Shown: piece after piece, positions 61,636 through 64,000 of the stretch | Layout: each line of letters opens with the position of its first letter | Position numbering within the stretch: position 1 is the first letter of the stretch | Origin: Antechinus flavipes | Lineage: Eukaryota | Reading direction: 5' to 3' | Length of the DNA stretch: 64,000 nt | Assembly (NCBI RefSeq): GCF_016432865.1 | Contig: NC_067404.1 | Span: 36,952,001 to 37,016,000 of the forward strand | Translations under genes and position numbers: made by a program | The notes under the pieces: generated by a model | Database searches by the model: none | Seen by the model: the letters and a program-made list of their open reading frames with translations, nothing else | Told to the model about the DNA's origin: nothing

Positions 61636-61877
61636 TGTGCTACAGTGGATAGAGCGCCAACTTGGAGTTAGGAAGACTCATTTCCTTAGTTCAAATCCAG
61701 CCTCAGGCACTTACTGTGACCCTGATCTAGTCACTTCACTCTGTTTGCCTCAGTTCCCTCATCTGTAAAATGAGTTGGAGGCAATGGCAAACTGCACAAG
61801 TATCTCTGCCAAGAAACCCCCAGATGGGGTCACAAAGCATTGGACATGACCGAAGTGACTGAACAACAAACAAAAAG
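61636..61877 (+). mobile_element. Mar1 SINE, near full length
   Basis: cagtggatagagcgcc...gcaatggcaaactgcacaagtatctctgccaagaaacccccagatggggtcacaaagcattggacatgaccgaagtgactgaacaac. Confidence 0.88.
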
Positions 61878-63049
61878 AGGTTGTGCAAAGGGTGTGGAGT
61901 TGACATATCTGCACTGGGAACACATAGGGGACAGTGGGATTTGGCATCAGAGGACCTGAGTTCAAATCCCAGCTTTTGTCCCTTGCTGTCTGTGTGATCT
62001 TGATCAAGTCGGTTTCCATTTCTTAAGGATCTTTCATAGCAAATCGAGATGGTCACTGTCATCCTTTTTCGAGCTCGTCTTAGGTGCTAATGGCCAGAGG
62101 CTCTGGAAGAGACAAGCGCAAGAAACCTTTTACTACCTTTGTTCTCGAAGCAGCTGAAAAAACTGGGCTCTTGATGTTTTTGTGGTTTTAAAACAGCACT
62201 TTACTGGGGTTTGAGGGATGTTTTTCCAACACTCAGAGTCCCTGCATTCTTGACATCAATATCTGTACTGCTGAAAAGAGAAAAGGCATGTCCATGTTGG
62301 CTGATTGTGGGTGAAAGGATGGTTTTTCCACAGCTGGGCTTCATTTTGAAGCTGCCCTTTAACCTTCTTGTTTCAGCATTCATTAGAATAAATAGCTGGT
62401 CTCCTTCCCCTCCCCCCTCCATCTGTCGGTTCACCCCCATCATCACATGGCAACTGTCCCGGCTTTATTGTTCCTCCTTTCCTCCCCCCATCCCCAATTT
62501 AGCCTAGCCCTTTGTACGCAGGGTGGGGTGGGCATCAGACTGGGACTTTAGCGGAGGAACATCAGTTTTAAACCACATCCAGTCAGAAAGAAGAATTACC
62601 TACCTTCAAATTAGGTCTCCGAAACACACTAGCTGGGCTATGAGCAAGCACATCTCTCACATCTTTTAAGAGGCCCAAGTAGCTCCCTAAGGCTGGATGT
62701 AAGTGACGGACCCATTGCTGGTCTGGATCAATGTAGTGAGTCACCTTCCACCCCGGGAGATTCAGAGTGAAATCAGATCAGAGGGTCCCTACGTCAGACT
62801 GACATCCTGGATCTAGAGCTGGAAGGGACTTTAGAGGCCGACTAATCCAATCTTCTTATTTTGGAGATGGGAAGCTGGTGTCCAGGGAAAAGGAGTGTGT
62901 CATCTAGTCACAAATGCCAGGGCTAGGATTTGAATACAGATCTTCTGGTCATTTCTGGTCATTTTTAAAAATTGCTATAAATCAGAAAGTGAAGGAACAA
63001 CTTTATCACGGTCCACAGACTTTGGAAAGTTTTTTTGGCTTGCTGAATA

Positions 63050-63165
63050 TTTTATTTTTCCATTTACATGTAAATATAGTTTTCAACATTCATTTTTGTA
63101 GGATTTGAGCTCTGTATTTTTTTCTCCTTCCCTTCCCTCTCCCCAAGACAGCAGACAGCAAGTTT
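63050..63165 (-). mobile_element. Short L1 3' end
   Basis: attttatttttccatttacatgtaaatatagttttcaacattcatttttgtaggatttgag. Confidence 0.75.
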
Positions 63166-63764
63166 CAGAAAGCTTTTTGACCAACATCTCTGAGGAAGCT
63201 TTGGAGGACTCTAGATTATTGACTCTGTTTCATGGCTCTCTTTTTCTCATCACATTAGTTTTCCTAAACTCAAAACACAAAACAGCCTCAGATTGTCGTA
63301 TAATTTGGTTGTAGACCCTTGTTTTGGAGATTTCAGGCTTTACGTGCACCTCCCATTGAAATGGGTCTTCTTTGCCACTTTTTAAATACAATCTTCCATA
63401 TAGTGGAAAATCTAGCCAATGCCAGTGAACCTAGAGTATCGTGTTCTTTAAAAGCCAGAGGGGAAAATCCCCAAAATGTTTGTCAATGTTGATCGTTGTT
63501 TTATTTAGTCACTAATTAATAGAACTTCCTTTGAGTCTCATTACTGGCTTAATAGTATAAACATTACAAAATAGACTCACAGAATCAATCATCATATTTA
63601 AAAGTGAAATTTTATGCAAGTCTCATTACTAGTTTAATGTTATAAATAGTTCACCATAATCAACCATTGTACTTAATAGTGGAACTTTATATGCAAATCT
63701 CATTGCTAATTCAATCCAACAAGCATTTATTTCAACTACATGGTTCCAGATATTGTGCCGCATT

Positions 63765-63900
63765 GGATTGCATGGCCAAATATCACTCGACAAACATTTA
63801 TTAAACCTGTTCAGTGTTCCAAGTATTTGTGCTAGGTGTTGGGAATATAAAGACAAAGGTAATAATCCCTGCCCTCAAACAGTTAATGCTCTTATGCTGA
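63765..63900 (-). mobile_element. L2 3' end
   Basis: caaacatttattaaacctgttcagtgttccaagtatttgtgctaggtgttgggaatataaagacaaag...ccctgccctcaaac. Confidence 0.7.
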
Positions 63901-64000
63901 AATAGCATGCAGTATATAGACCTATCCTGAGGTCTATATCTATATATGTATAGGTACTTTATGTATATGCATATGTAAGGTAAATTTTAAAAGGAAGGAA

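Larger units (their letters stand above)
10094..64000 (+). other. ATP11C: Intron 1 of the putative ATP11C gene (continues beyond the window)
   Basis: No sequence encoding the expected exon 2 (CAGEEKRVGTRTV...IVSSK) was seen by eye. Intronic L1s are almost all antisense. The mammalian ATP11C first intron is very long. Confidence 0.65.

Noticed and set aside
1-64000. Search for endogenous viral elements, horizontally transferred SPIN/OC1 transposases, RSX-like tandem-repeat lncRNA, CRISPR arrays or tRNA/rRNA genes
   Set aside because: No long ORF with viral or transposase motifs, no long tandem-unit array, and no spaced direct repeats. The tRNA-like segments are SINE heads.

Overview
Marsupial genomic DNA, most likely a dasyurid, judged from WSINE1, Mar1, MdoRep1, CheshMITE and marsupial L1 3' ends. 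About half of it is old or recent retrotransposon sequence. A CpG island at ~8.3-10.9 kb carries a first exon ending ATG TTC CGC TGG AGC ATC GGC CGC TTT|gtaagt (MFRWSIGRF, 10067-10093, phase 0). This matches my recollection of the 9-codon first coding exon of the P4-ATPase lipid flippase ATP11C (human MFRRSLNRF|CAGEEKRV), an X-linked gene in therians. I found no exon 2 in the window, so 10094-64000 is read as a first intron of more than 53 kb; the strong antisense bias of intronic L1s supports this. None of the >=60 aa ORFs in the supplied track looks like a real protein. I cannot support a clearly new biological system here. The best leads are candidate alternative first exons for the flippase (33.7 kb and 12.4 kb), a possible CUG-initiated N-terminal extension, a divergent spliced transcript from the promoter, a small spliced + strand unit upstream, and several retrotransposition oddities (GA-tailed L1, nested insertions, non-canonical nick sites). 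Repeat family names come from remembered consensus sequences, not a database search, and most repeat boundaries are approximate.
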